Origin: a virus | Taxonomy: Duplodnaviria; Caudoviricetes | Strand: one strand, 5' to 3' | DNA length: 64,000 nucleotides | Virus record (IMG/VR): IMGVR_UViG_3300020463_000001 | Location: 64,001-128,000 of that record | Shown here: positions 10,001 through 19,636 of the stretch, piece after piece | How the letters are laid out: each line of letters begins with the position of its first letter | Numbering within the stretch: position 1 is the first letter of the stretch | The notes under the pieces: model-generated | Told to the model about the DNA's origin: nothing | Database searches by the model: none | Seen by the model: only the letters and a program-made list of their open reading frames with translations | Translations under genes and position numbers: made by a program

Positions 10001-13000
10001 TTAGATAATGGCCAAAGAACTGGGATGTATGACATTGGAGATATTAAAATACAACCAGGCCAAAGCGAATGTGCTGGTCGAGTTGCAATCGTTTACTCTT
10101 ACTTTGATCATAGTACTGGAGGAGATTATTTCTCTGCAGATTCTTACACACACTCGACTTCTGGTATAGAATATTCACAGATACCAACATTTAAAGATAG
10201 TCGCTTATCCGATGTATTAGATTTTAGACCTAAGACTGTCAGTGCGGATTTATTTACTGAATATTCCCTAGCAACCCCCCTAAAGTTTGGCAAAGTGTCT
10301 ACTACTTCTAGCACGCCGCTGGATAACTCATATGTTATTGCAGATTATCGCCAGTATCTGCCAAGAAAGGATAAGGTATATTTGAGTAAAGAAGGAGATT
10401 TCTTAATAAAATATGGAGCTCCATCAATTTCTCCAAATTATCCAGAAGATCCAAATGACGGCATGGTTATCTATAAACTCGCAACGGATCCATACAGTCT
10501 AGGGACAGAAAGCATAACTGCAGAGATGTTGGATAATAGACGATATACTATGAGGGATATTGGCAAGTTAGAAAAACGAATTAAGACTGTAGAATACTAC
10601 ACATCATTATCTTTATTAGAAAAAGAAACAAAAGATATGGATGTTCTTGATGAAAATGGTCTGGATAGATTTAAAAACGGATTTGTTGTAGAACCATTTA
10701 CAAGTCATAATATTGGGGATGTTTTTGATACTCAATATAATTGTGCAATTGATGTAGTAAATAAAGAACTTAGACCAGTTTTTAATCAAAAGAATACTCC
10801 CATGAATTTTAATCAGTCGGAATCGACTCTTTATAGTATCAAAGATGGGATGGTTATGCTGCCATATTCTTCGGCCGTTCTTGCGGGACAAGGCAAATCT
10901 TCCAAAACAGTTTCGGTCAATCCATACGCGATAATGGGATTTAGGGGTTATGTTAAACTATTCCCAGAGCAAGATGATTGGAAAGACACTAATAGGGGCA
11001 ATGGTTCTCAAAATGGAGGCGTAGGAGGAGATTTAAATTGGCCTCCTTATGAATCGGATGAAGATGATGATTTGAGTGATGGTTCTCCAAAGGGATCTAG
11101 ACCAGAACAAAATTTCTTTATTAGAGAAAGAAACGTATTTTTCCATGCATCTGGAATGAAACCAAAGACAAGAGTATTTGCATACTTTGATGGAACTCCT
11201 GTATCACAATTTTGCATAACCACAAAAACTATCAAAGTTACTGGGGTATCTTCTGCAGATAATTTTATTCAAACATATGAATCAGAAATTATTGACAATA
11301 CTGGGGATATGACTCTGGTGAACAATCAGGGCCATGAAGTTAGAGTAGTGGGAATTCAGTACGTTGACGCAAGTAGTTTAAATTTTTATGTGATTGACAA
11401 TATCGACACAAACACTTTCACTGCCGGACAGGCTGTATTCTTAGTCGGGCCCAATTTTACCAACGGAATATCGCCAGGCAAATTTGCCTTAGAGACTGGT
11501 TCTAATAGTTCAACTCTAGTTACTGACGAATCTGGAAACTTAAGGGGTTTATTCGCAATACCAAATACGGAAGAAATGAGGTTTAGAACCGGAGATAAAA
11601 TATTCAAATTGTCCGATCAACAATCCAGTACAGCTTTTAGTCAAACAGAGGCAGAAGGACTTTACTCCGCAAAGAGTAAATTAGACTCTTCAAGTTCTAC
11701 TAGACAGGAAAGATATAGTTCTCAGTTCGTTCAGAGTAATGGTTCGGTAAGAAATCAAATTGGTGAAGGATCTAATCAATTTAATCCTATTGCACAAACG
11801 GTCATGACAGACAAGATTGGAGGAGCATTTCTTACATCAGTAAATATTTTCTTCTCATCAAAAGATTCGGTTATACCAGTAAGTGTAGAATTGAGAAATA
11901 CAGTTGGGGGGTATCCGGGCAAGACAGTTCTTACTAGAAAAACTTTATATCCTTCTAATGTATTGACTTCTTCTACCGGAAATCTTGCAACAAACTTTTT
12001 ATTTGACGCTCCAGTTTACATAGAACAAGGAGTAGAATATGCAATAGTCGTTTTGGCAGATTCGCAGGATTATAGTGTTCATGTTGCAAGACTTGGTGAA
12101 AATTCTCTAGATGGGACTGGAACTATTAGTAAACAACCATATAGTGGAGTATTCTTTAAGGCGGCATCAACTTCTTGGGCACCGGAACAAATGGAGGATA
12201 TGAAGTTTACTCTGTTTAGAGCTCAGTTTAATACTTCAGTAAGTTCTACATTATATTTTGAGAATAAGGGGACGGATAAGTTAGGATATCCTTCGAATAC
12301 CGTTCAGTTAGGAACATCTTCTATCGAAACATTCGCTGGATCTGACAATGTTCGATTTCATGTTCCCAACCACGATTTAGTATCTTCTGGTGGGTCGAAT
12401 ACACATTACTATGTGACTATTGCCGGACTCAATTCAAACGCAAGATATGGGGGAGATACAAATACAAACGCATGGTTGGGGTCTGAATTGAATGGAACTC
12501 ATGAAGTAGTTGCTACTACATTAAACACTTTCGATATATTGATGACCAATGTCAAATATGTCGGAGGAAACAGTATTGCAGGGACATCAAAGGCTTCTAC
12601 TCTTGCATCATCAGGAAGATTTAATCCATCTCCAGATTCTTCTGGGAAAGTTACTGCAGAGGTGAACTCTAAGTTTGATGTTTTAGTTCCTATAATACAA
12701 ACATTGCAATTACCACAGACAAATGTCACCTATTCGATGAAGACTACCAGCGGACAGTCCCAAGACTCAGATATGCCGACTGGCGTTAAAGATAGCTCTT
12801 GGACTAATTTTGTTCCAAATAAAGATATATCTTTCGATACCCCAAGAGCAGTGTATTCCCCATATAACGAAAATAATTTTGGAACAGGAAGCAGTAATTT
12901 TGAGAAAAAATCTCTTGCGTATAAGTTGACACTATCATCAACGCAAGATAATATATCTCCAGTAATTGATACCCAAAGGTTTAGTTCTACATTAATATCT

Positions 13001-13459
13001 AATGTGGTAAATTATCCCATATGGACTACGAATACAGATTCACAAGGAAATTCTACTGATACTTCTTCTAATTATACAGATTTTATATCGGAAAGACAAA
13101 ATACTGGAGGAACCGTAGAATCTAAGTATATTACTAGAGAAATACAATTAAATCAACCGGCAACATCATTTAAAATTGTGTTAACAATGCATCGCCCTCA
13201 AGATGCAGATGTCGATTTGTATTATAAGTTAAAAACTAGTGATAGTCAAGACTATCGAAAATTGAATTATGAATACATTTCTAGACCAGAGGGATACTCC
13301 CAATCTTCTATAGGAGTAGATCAGTTTACAGAATTTGATTATGATGTTAAGGGCCTAACTGAATTTTCATCATTTGGAATTAAGATAGTAATGCGAAGTA
13401 AGAACTCTGCATTGCCACCTAGAATAAAAGATTTGAGGATTATCGCTCTTGCGAACTAA
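7001..13459 (+). CDS. vrlC: VrlC-like / DUF4815 large virion structural protein
   Basis: NFNVTPYYDDY..ILFKPGNSVQARELTQIQSILQQQI; NFNAPGADRYRISL; LARRTYDESGDYTV; RYTMRDIGKLEKRIKTVEYYTSLSLLE; C-terminal PPRIKDLRIIALA. Its position after gp8 is usual for marine T4-likes. Confidence 0.85.
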   Translation: MASNFNVTPYYDDYDVNSGYLKILFKPGNSVQARELTQIQSILQQQIANVSDHFFKEGAMIIPGQSAIDTDITFLKIGYQDNSVTYNSAADFVGRVVVGSTTGIRALVVHAENATGSTDTDDPDTLYVKFISGADVSDYSSVDFVEGDSISFLPEEVLTTESISSMSDYACEVKPSSDTSIGKGSVAFIESGVYYLQKHLVMVNDQKIVLDKYSNKPSYKIGLQVNEAFVTSNMDNTLLDNAQGTTNFNAPGADRYRISLVFSKRSIDEVDTSNFIELISVRNGVVESHVRTTEYSVLEETLARRTYDESGDYTVRPYQIDVRELLNENGNRGVSTLSDFEFTNEVDAKEMARTRFFDEPDMIDLATGNGQAHTATPNDRTKYPEQNLDSTGTIFYPGKTHDSLVSALRGRLAIGIEPGKSYVRGYELETLVTQFVDYKKSRDHIQKNNEYLTTKLGNFVYLTDVMGLPIPNQTVDLLNINVAGNTHVKIDDDPTFNASDGSTSEGKSTYDKNQISADFSTWSSNNPIGSDVIGTAKIRYVEHYAHDQDSDYLSANFAPGVSNDDSAIYKVYLYDIKMEINPRTNREYLLNDLRSIESQSVAGAFNLFNGNILVEYTLVDQLSTFDNKNIVYSEYQDSLVRGVVYHSSSNKILVKTLGAGNPTSVAVGELNPRLFESNEVIREVEYDTTPENAFSGSVNHDIGLTPNNARVISRNVIFNTSGSSIIDTGSDFVKTIRFVDDDSGNSSVDTSYTVQMKFENVSQAYGGSGSQVELTLGTNSNQIFGSFNEKYYFAYTPTTGSGEPVVHKLTSDNVVLSTDGNNRVTTALVSIEDLSAGNNVVVYAPVIKTNAAEKTKTLVENQVIFPYSARKTDGTFVASETYAANPSSTWYSLDLYGTNNTGSVFNSNTTDSLGNSLALTSIQLEHSDIFELTAVYDTCTVSNVIYQIDSVGTKKFYNEMTAAELKFALDAYLEYEETGVNPTGFADVPVKIVDITDRYTLDNGQRTGMYDIGDIKIQPGQSECAGRVAIVYSYFDHSTGGDYFSADSYTHSTSGIEYSQIPTFKDSRLSDVLDFRPKTVSADLFTEYSLATPLKFGKVSTTSSTPLDNSYVIADYRQYLPRKDKVYLSKEGDFLIKYGAPSISPNYPEDPNDGMVIYKLATDPYSLGTESITAEMLDNRRYTMRDIGKLEKRIKTVEYYTSLSLLEKETKDMDVLDENGLDRFKNGFVVEPFTSHNIGDVFDTQYNCAIDVVNKELRPVFNQKNTPMNFNQSESTLYSIKDGMVMLPYSSAVLAGQGKSSKTVSVNPYAIMGFRGYVKLFPEQDDWKDTNRGNGSQNGGVGGDLNWPPYESDEDDDLSDGSPKGSRPEQNFFIRERNVFFHASGMKPKTRVFAYFDGTPVSQFCITTKTIKVTGVSSADNFIQTYESEIIDNTGDMTLVNNQGHEVRVVGIQYVDASSLNFYVIDNIDTNTFTAGQAVFLVGPNFTNGISPGKFALETGSNSSTLVTDESGNLRGLFAIPNTEEMRFRTGDKIFKLSDQQSSTAFSQTEAEGLYSAKSKLDSSSSTRQERYSSQFVQSNGSVRNQIGEGSNQFNPIAQTVMTDKIGGAFLTSVNIFFSSKDSVIPVSVELRNTVGGYPGKTVLTRKTLYPSNVLTSSTGNLATNFLFDAPVYIEQGVEYAIVVLADSQDYSVHVARLGENSLDGTGTISKQPYSGVFFKAASTSWAPEQMEDMKFTLFRAQFNTSVSSTLYFENKGTDKLGYPSNTVQLGTSSIETFAGSDNVRFHVPNHDLVSSGGSNTHYYVTIAGLNSNARYGGDTNTNAWLGSELNGTHEVVATTLNTFDILMTNVKYVGGNSIAGTSKASTLASSGRFNPSPDSSGKVTAEVNSKFDVLVPIIQTLQLPQTNVTYSMKTTSGQSQDSDMPTGVKDSSWTNFVPNKDISFDTPRAVYSPYNENNFGTGSSNFEKKSLAYKLTLSSTQDNISPVIDTQRFSSTLISNVVNYPIWTTNTDSQGNSTDTSSNYTDFISERQNTGGTVESKYITREIQLNQPATSFKIVLTMHRPQDADVDLYYKLKTSDSQDYRKLNYEYISRPEGYSQSSIGVDQFTEFDYDVKGLTEFSSFGIKIVMRSKNSALPPRIKDLRIIALAN

Positions 13460-13467
13460 TATAAATA
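13460..13467 (+). promoter_or_regulatory. T4-type late promoter (TATAAATA)
   Basis: Exact TATAAATA immediately after the VrlC stop codon. Confidence 0.7.
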
Positions 13468-13470
13468 TTC

Positions 13471-13701
13471 ATGAAAGATATAAAAGATTATTTAATAGTA
13501 AAGGAAGATAGAACTCTGAGAAGAGATCCATATTCTGGTGCTATAATAAATTTTGATAATGGTGCGTATGTTAAATACATGAAAAAGTTGAAAAAGATTG
13601 AGATGCAAGAGAGGGAAATAGAAGGTTTAAAAACCGAAATAACGGAAATAAAGGGACTTCTGAATAAAATTTTAGAGAGCAAACAACATGGCAACATTTA
13701 A
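13471..13701 (+). CDS. Small conserved T4-like hypothetical protein with C-terminal coiled coil
   Basis: [16 protein letters not shown] motif followed by a heptad tail ([16 protein letters not shown]), resembling the small gene that commonly follows VrlC. Overlaps the next ORF by 14 nt. Confidence 0.75.
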   Translation: MKDIKDYLIVKEDRTLRRDPYSGAIINFDNGAYVKYMKKLKKIEMQEREIEGLKTEITEIKGLLNKILESKQHGNI

Positions 13702-15661
13702 TTATCCAACAACAAACAATGTATTAAGGACTGATACCTTTGATGCGTGGAAGAATAAAACTAATGAGTTGAATTCTCACGGACTTTATATTGAGTCCTT
13801 GATAGGGAATTTCAATAACTTAAACACGGCTAATAAAACTATAGTCGGGGCATTCAATGAGATTCATGGCGAAACAGATGTAAACACCGCAAACATTGGA
13901 GATGTTGCCTCTCTTAATTCTGCATATACTTCTGCATCGAACCTTTCGACTGCGATGAATAATTTGTATACGACTGCAACAAATTATACCAATACACAAG
14001 TTGCAAACGAAGCAGCAACAAGACTTGCTGAAGATAATACTTTACAAAGTAAAATAGACACAATTGAAGTTTCTGCTGGATTGACCGGAAACGGCGGATA
14101 TATTCAACAATCAAGTCTCAGGTATATTGCATCTGCATCCAATCTTGCAGACGCAGATACAAAATTAGATCAATCACTAGATGCAACTCAACAAGAACTA
14201 GATGTTACTCAAAGTTCTATTGGAACAGAAGCAGACGGAACTTTACCTCTTTCTGGAAATTATATTTCCGGTACAGTTAAAGTATCCTTGAGCGCACTAG
14301 ACAGTCAAGTATATGTCAACGAAAATGCAATTGCAAATCTGAATGCATACGCGAATAGAATCCAAAATGAATTAGACGCGACTCAGAGTGGTGCCGGTCT
14401 TGGAAGTTCTGGAGGGTATATCGGAACAATTTCTGGTGCATCGACTCTATCACAGGCAGACACTATCCTACAACAACAAATATCTTCTAATGACAGTGAA
14501 CTGGCCAATCATGAAATTAGACTGCAACGAACCGCAACAACTATTAATTCTTTTTTAGGTGCAGCTTTAGGAGATACTCACAGTTACTCTGGAACAAATT
14601 ACATAGATTCGCAGACTGTCCGTAATGCTGTACAGTCTCTAGATACTGAAGTCAAACAGAATGAAACTCAAATAGGTATAATTCAGGCAAAGCCAGGGTA
14701 TGAATTCGATCCGACAACACTTCATCCTGTGGCGTTAAGTGGAGACTATGATGACCTCGATTCTGCAAATGTTCCTACAAATCTAAATGAGTTTACTAAT
14801 GGCACACCAGCAGAATATTTCTTAAAGAACACTAATAAATTAAGTGTATCAAATTTACCAAACGGTACAGTATATTCTGCGTCTGATGGATCTACTTCAA
14901 ATATTTCTGATGTTATAATAGATACTCTAACTCTAAGAATAGCAGGTTCTAGTCAAAACGTCAGTTTTGAAAATACTCATCCTAATCAGTATGTTCAAGA
15001 TGTATCTATGAGTGGAAACACTCTAACATTAACTGACAGGGATGGGACTACTACATCATACACTCCGTCATTTACTGATAATGATACCACATACACAGCA
15101 GAGTTGCCACTGAGTATCGACAGCAGCAATGAGATAAGCCTCGGTAAAATAGGAACTTCAAATCTTCCAACAGGAACTCTTTCTTCATTGCAACCACTTA
15201 CTTCCGTTACTGGAAATCAACAATCTGGAATTAGATTCGCAAGAAGTGGCATAGGCATGACAGATTTCTATGATACTCATCCCAGTGAATATATTAAGAA
15301 GCCTTCTAAAAGTGGTAATACTTTGACTTTGACGAAACAAGACGGAACTACCCTATCTTATACTCCGTCATTTACAAACACAGACACTACATATAGCCCC
15401 GGCACAGGAATTAATATTAACGGAACAGTAATAAGTACTTCCTTTACAAATACTAATACTTGGCATTCGAATACAAATGCCAGAGAAGGTTATGTTGCTT
15501 CCGGCAGTGGCCAATATAATAAAGTTTGGAAAACTAACTCCAGTGGCACCCCTGCATGGAGAAATCCCGATGATAGTACTTGGGGCGGTAAAAAGATATC
15601 AGTGGTTAGTTCTCTGCCTTCTTCTACAGATGCAAACACCATTTACTTCATCAAAGAGTAG
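13688..15661 (+). CDS. Fibre protein (segmented coiled coil plus fibre repeats; fibritin/tail-fibre-like)
   Basis: [14 protein letters not shown]-terminus; [21 protein letters not shown]; [14 protein letters not shown]-type loops; two [27 protein letters not shown] repeats; ends [19 protein letters not shown]. Confidence 0.7.
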   Translation: MATFNYPTTNNVLRTDTFDAWKNKTNELNSHGLYIESLIGNFNNLNTANKTIVGAFNEIHGETDVNTANIGDVASLNSAYTSASNLSTAMNNLYTTATNYTNTQVANEAATRLAEDNTLQSKIDTIEVSAGLTGNGGYIQQSSLRYIASASNLADADTKLDQSLDATQQELDVTQSSIGTEADGTLPLSGNYISGTVKVSLSALDSQVYVNENAIANLNAYANRIQNELDATQSGAGLGSSGGYIGTISGASTLSQADTILQQQISSNDSELANHEIRLQRTATTINSFLGAALGDTHSYSGTNYIDSQTVRNAVQSLDTEVKQNETQIGIIQAKPGYEFDPTTLHPVALSGDYDDLDSANVPTNLNEFTNGTPAEYFLKNTNKLSVSNLPNGTVYSASDGSTSNISDVIIDTLTLRIAGSSQNVSFENTHPNQYVQDVSMSGNTLTLTDRDGTTTSYTPSFTDNDTTYTAELPLSIDSSNEISLGKIGTSNLPTGTLSSLQPLTSVTGNQQSGIRFARSGIGMTDFYDTHPSEYIKKPSKSGNTLTLTKQDGTTLSYTPSFTNTDTTYSPGTGININGTVISTSFTNTNTWHSNTNAREGYVASGSGQYNKVWKTNSSGTPAWRNPDDSTWGGKKISVVSSLPSSTDANTIYFIKE

Positions 15662-15667
15662 TAAAGT

Positions 15668-17557
15668 ATGCCCATACAAGTACCAAATTCCAATGGCACA
15701 TTCAGTGACCTAAAAGAAATTTATGTCGGAAGAGATTCGATATCTCAAGTTTATTCTGGCAGTGATTTGGTATGGGCAAAAGATATTACGCAAGTAACTT
15801 TGCCTAATAGTACGAACTATAATACTAGTTTAAGAAAAAATTGGTTAGCCTATGATCAATGGAGAAATGAAACTGGAAAATGTTATTTTCAAATTAATGG
15901 TTGGGCAATTAATGAAATACAATGTCAGAATAAAAGTGTAGGAAACTTTAGCACTAGTTCGGGAGATGGAGTTTCTAGTAATAGTACATTCGAAACTAAT
16001 TATAAATCAAGCAATTACTTTACTCATGGAGGAAAAGATTATACCATTATAAAAGATCTTTCAGTTATAAATGGATATTTCCCTCTTACCTTTACATTTC
16101 AGACATATTGTCTGGGTAGCCCATCAGATAATAATATTAATAATTTATTTTTTATCACTACTGCAAATTCTACTTCAAATGGTCGATTGGATAAAGATCA
16201 AAGTATTGCATCTAATACTCCGTTGATAGTCAATCAACCGACTAACAGAATTGAACTAGATGATGTATATCTTTTACCAAACGATAATAGTCAAAGGAAT
16301 TTTACTATTGGTCAAAAAAATAGGTCAGGCACTTATAGGTTAGCTAACTATGAGGGGAGGAATCCACAGAATTATGATGTAAGACCACTTCCTTGGAAAC
16401 AAGGTAATGCCATGAATAGTGTTGGTGATGCAAATATAAATTCTCAGAGCGGAAGGGTTATTATTCTCGCTAATGACAGTGGTTTGGATGCATCAAGAGG
16501 TTTTAGAGATAATACTACAGACTACTGGGAAGGAACTTCAAATCCAGATCAATTCTCTTTTAACACTCAAATTTCTGTAACAATGATGGCAAAAAAGGAC
16601 GATTGGACGGATAAAGACATATCCTTCGTTCAAATATATTCTCGACAGGGCTCTGGTAGCAGACCTTCTTCGGAATTAGATTTTAATGATATAAAATTTA
16701 TGCAAAAAGTAAATTTCTGTCTATTAACTGAAAGTCAATATGTAGATAAAGTTTCTTCTAATAAGTTTACCAGAATTGTGCGGTCGAATTTACAATCATA
16801 TCCTCAACTTTCATTGCCAAAAACATCAGATAATTCTGTCAGACTGAGGTGGGAACCAGCTGCGCCGGAACCAGACACTGCTGGCACTACTCCTTCAGTC
16901 AGTACTCCTGTTGTAACCGAAACGGAGGATATTGTTTCTACATCAGATGTTAGATATATTACAAATAAATATACTCCCGTTGATGACAATTCTATCCAAT
17001 CCGTTACGATATCATTTCTTCCCGATGGATTTATTGAACTACAGGGCATGGCGAAAAAATCAATCTTATTTTCTGGCAACAACGCCAACAATAGAATAAT
17101 TGGAGGATCGACTATTGTAACTGTGAGTAATAAATTCAAATGGCATGAGGATGCTGGAACTTCGGCAATGACTGGGACTTACGAAGCTAAGGCAAGGCTT
17201 ATATCTGGCAAAAGAATTACTATGGCAGATAATCAATATAAGAAAATGACGATTGGTGGGAGTCAGGCAGTATATAGACTTTTCAGCAACGAAGAAGTAA
17301 AGACCCGGCTTCACATTGAAATTAGGAATGCTGATACTAGAGAAATAGTTGCGACTTGGAACCAAACTCTAGAGCTCAAATTGGATCCAGATAATAATAA
17401 CACTTCTAGTAATACAAATACTACAACCGAGTCTACTATCGCGGAAGATAATACTCAACAAGAAACTACTCAACAAGGAAAGTGGGTTCTTGTTCCCAAT
17501 CCAGATCGTGCATACCCCGATTTAGTATGGGTGCCAACTACGAAGGCACCTTCGTAG
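15668..17557 (+). CDS. Putative fibre-tip/adhesin protein
   Basis: 629 aa ORF. The N-terminal KEIYVGRDSISQVYSGSDLVW motif is typical of fibre-associated proteins; the rest is beta-rich and N/S/T-rich. Confidence 0.55.
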   Translation: MPIQVPNSNGTFSDLKEIYVGRDSISQVYSGSDLVWAKDITQVTLPNSTNYNTSLRKNWLAYDQWRNETGKCYFQINGWAINEIQCQNKSVGNFSTSSGDGVSSNSTFETNYKSSNYFTHGGKDYTIIKDLSVINGYFPLTFTFQTYCLGSPSDNNINNLFFITTANSTSNGRLDKDQSIASNTPLIVNQPTNRIELDDVYLLPNDNSQRNFTIGQKNRSGTYRLANYEGRNPQNYDVRPLPWKQGNAMNSVGDANINSQSGRVIILANDSGLDASRGFRDNTTDYWEGTSNPDQFSFNTQISVTMMAKKDDWTDKDISFVQIYSRQGSGSRPSSELDFNDIKFMQKVNFCLLTESQYVDKVSSNKFTRIVRSNLQSYPQLSLPKTSDNSVRLRWEPAAPEPDTAGTTPSVSTPVVTETEDIVSTSDVRYITNKYTPVDDNSIQSVTISFLPDGFIELQGMAKKSILFSGNNANNRIIGGSTIVTVSNKFKWHEDAGTSAMTGTYEAKARLISGKRITMADNQYKKMTIGGSQAVYRLFSNEEVKTRLHIEIRNADTREIVATWNQTLELKLDPDNNNTSSNTNTTTESTIAEDNTQQETTQQGKWVLVPNPDRAYPDLVWVPTTKAPS

Positions 17558-17581
17558 TTGGATCAGTCGTATAACATAGGA

Positions 17582-17589
17582 TGTAAATA
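17582..17589 (+). promoter_or_regulatory. Possible variant late promoter (TGTAAATA)
   Basis: One mismatch to TATAAATA, 10 nt upstream of the 17600 start. Confidence 0.35.
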
Positions 17590-17599
17590 GAGATATAGT

Positions 17600-19576
17600 A
17601 TGGCAATAAAATTAATAAACAGTCTTAACGATTTGCCTAATTATGGTGTTTCTGTGTCTAGATCTGGGTTTACCAAACTCACAGATACTGGAGGAATCGA
17701 TAGCACTGGAGCAGTTTCTGGCGTGGGTCTCATGATGACTCTTGCATCAGATATGACTGCCAGCTGGCAACTATATAATGGAGATTCAACTCCAGACAAT
17801 AAAATACAATTGGTCGGTGTCGGAGATAATGCGAATACTGATGTTACTAAACAATTTTTTAATCAGTTGCCTATCAATTCTCAGACGTATTTCGGTCAAG
17901 CAAACTTCGGGCCAGTGGGAAATTTAAGACAACACGTTTTACTATTCGAAACAACCAACGAAATATTACCAAATCGCGGATCAGTATCTAGAGGAGTCGA
18001 TCAATCATATAGAGTAAGATTTGAATTTGATGAACGCCCCAGATTACATACAACAGATGTTGAATTTAATAGAGAACTGTATCAGTTAAATTTAAGACTG
18101 AGGTCTATGGGAAGAGCGCAGTATGTTGTCGGGTCTCAAATAAACGAAACCTCGACTTCGCAACATCAACTAGAAACCACTAAAGATGCAGATAATAATT
18201 TAGTTCATACTGGTTATACGTTCAACGGCACTTGGGCGGTATCCGATGGGATACCAAATTGTATGTATGGATGGATGAAAATTAATGTAGGTACATCAAA
18301 TCAACTTTTGAACAATGGAACTGTATTAGAATCGATATCGGGTAACGATGGTCTTATCACCCTAGAAAATGGATCTACTCTTACTACATCAGTTGTACGA
18401 ACTCCGGGCGAATTGGTAGATCTTCATTTTGAAGATGTGGTGATACCAGCACAATCTCTCGTTTTTCCATACGATGGTATTAATCAATATTCAGTGGGAG
18501 AAGTTATTTCTGGGCCTGGCGGAGCATCTGCTACTGTTCATAGTGTATCGACATCCTCTACAACTCAAAGTGTTACTTTTTCTGATTGGAATAACATCGA
18601 TTTTGATGAGGGGGAAACTATTACTGGCGCAAATAGTTCTTTGTCTCTTTCTTTAACTCTTGTTACTACACAAATAAATAGAAGTAAGAGATTTAGAAAT
18701 AAGAGAAAGGGAAAGGGTTGGTTCAAGAGATTTCCTAAAATTGGAACAAATCTTGAAGGAACTTATCCCATGTCATATCGATTAACTATGACAGAACGGG
18801 GATTTGTTTTATATATGTTTGATGATGCTGCCAGTGATCAATCAGATGATTATGCTTGGACTTGTGTTCAAAGAACTGTTGATAATACAGAGGGAACTAC
18901 GCCGTCAGACGAATCTACCAGATTTCCTGTCCATGTTCTATATTCTTGTTCCAGAGAAAGTGTATATGCGAGAGATTTCGGTGTATATTTCTCCGAGTCT
19001 GCCGCAAACCTTCAAACTGCAGAAACTGCAGTTAACAGTGTTTTTGATAATGAGGGGAATCAGTACACAGTAGATAGCCTAGGAAATGATAGTTTTTATA
19101 TTTTAAGTCCTTACGATAGAGAAGATTCTCTTGCAGATGAATTTACTGCAAAACTTATCTGGCGATTTGTTGCGAGAGAATTTGATATATTAAAACCTTG
19201 GGATGTTCATAAACTTGCGACTAAACACCAGACCGACAGTAATGCGATTATAAATCCTCTAGAACAGTTAGCAATCACTAACGACAATAGATTTGTAATT
19301 ACATTCCCAACTGGTTTGACAACGCAAAGATTTATGTATCCGAAAGAAGAAATAGACCTCATATGTTTTTCTTCTGCGGAGGTTGTGGCTGAAGGAAGTA
19401 ATGTTCCTATGAATACATATCTTCCTTCTGGAAACGCAGACAATAGAAGATATCAGGGAATGAGGTCAACTCTTGCTAATGGAAATGGCATGAGAATTAT
19501 GTTATTAGTGAACGGAAGACACATCTTTAACAGTGATGTTAACATTGGAACAGATACTTCCGCAAACTTAATTTAA
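17600..19576 (+). CDS. Virion structural protein, paralog family A member 1
   Basis: Shares YPMSYRLT..DDYAW..VQR..VD, RFV.RE.D.LKPWD, INP.EQL.IT and NGNGMR blocks with the ORFs at 19637, 23356 and 37390. Confidence 0.7.
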   Translation: MAIKLINSLNDLPNYGVSVSRSGFTKLTDTGGIDSTGAVSGVGLMMTLASDMTASWQLYNGDSTPDNKIQLVGVGDNANTDVTKQFFNQLPINSQTYFGQANFGPVGNLRQHVLLFETTNEILPNRGSVSRGVDQSYRVRFEFDERPRLHTTDVEFNRELYQLNLRLRSMGRAQYVVGSQINETSTSQHQLETTKDADNNLVHTGYTFNGTWAVSDGIPNCMYGWMKINVGTSNQLLNNGTVLESISGNDGLITLENGSTLTTSVVRTPGELVDLHFEDVVIPAQSLVFPYDGINQYSVGEVISGPGGASATVHSVSTSSTTQSVTFSDWNNIDFDEGETITGANSSLSLSLTLVTTQINRSKRFRNKRKGKGWFKRFPKIGTNLEGTYPMSYRLTMTERGFVLYMFDDAASDQSDDYAWTCVQRTVDNTEGTTPSDESTRFPVHVLYSCSRESVYARDFGVYFSESAANLQTAETAVNSVFDNEGNQYTVDSLGNDSFYILSPYDREDSLADEFTAKLIWRFVAREFDILKPWDVHKLATKHQTDSNAIINPLEQLAITNDNRFVITFPTGLTTQRFMYPKEEIDLICFSSAEVVAEGSNVPMNTYLPSGNADNRRYQGMRSTLANGNGMRIMLLVNGRHIFNSDVNIGTDTSANLI

Positions 19577-19592
19577 GTGATGAAAAAAGTTT

Positions 19593-19600
19593 TATAAATA
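19593..19600 (+). promoter_or_regulatory. T4-type late promoter (TATAAATA)
   Basis: Exact motif in the intergenic gap; AAGGAG RBS before the ATG at 19637. Confidence 0.8.
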
Positions 19601-19636
19601 GTCAGATAAGTAAAATATGTCTCAAAGGAGAAAATA

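Noticed and set aside
11015-11047. GGAGG/CCTCC hairpin inside VrlC as a recoding or bypass signal
   Set aside because: The frame is uninterrupted with no stop to bypass; it is explainable by Gly-Gly/Pro-Pro codons.
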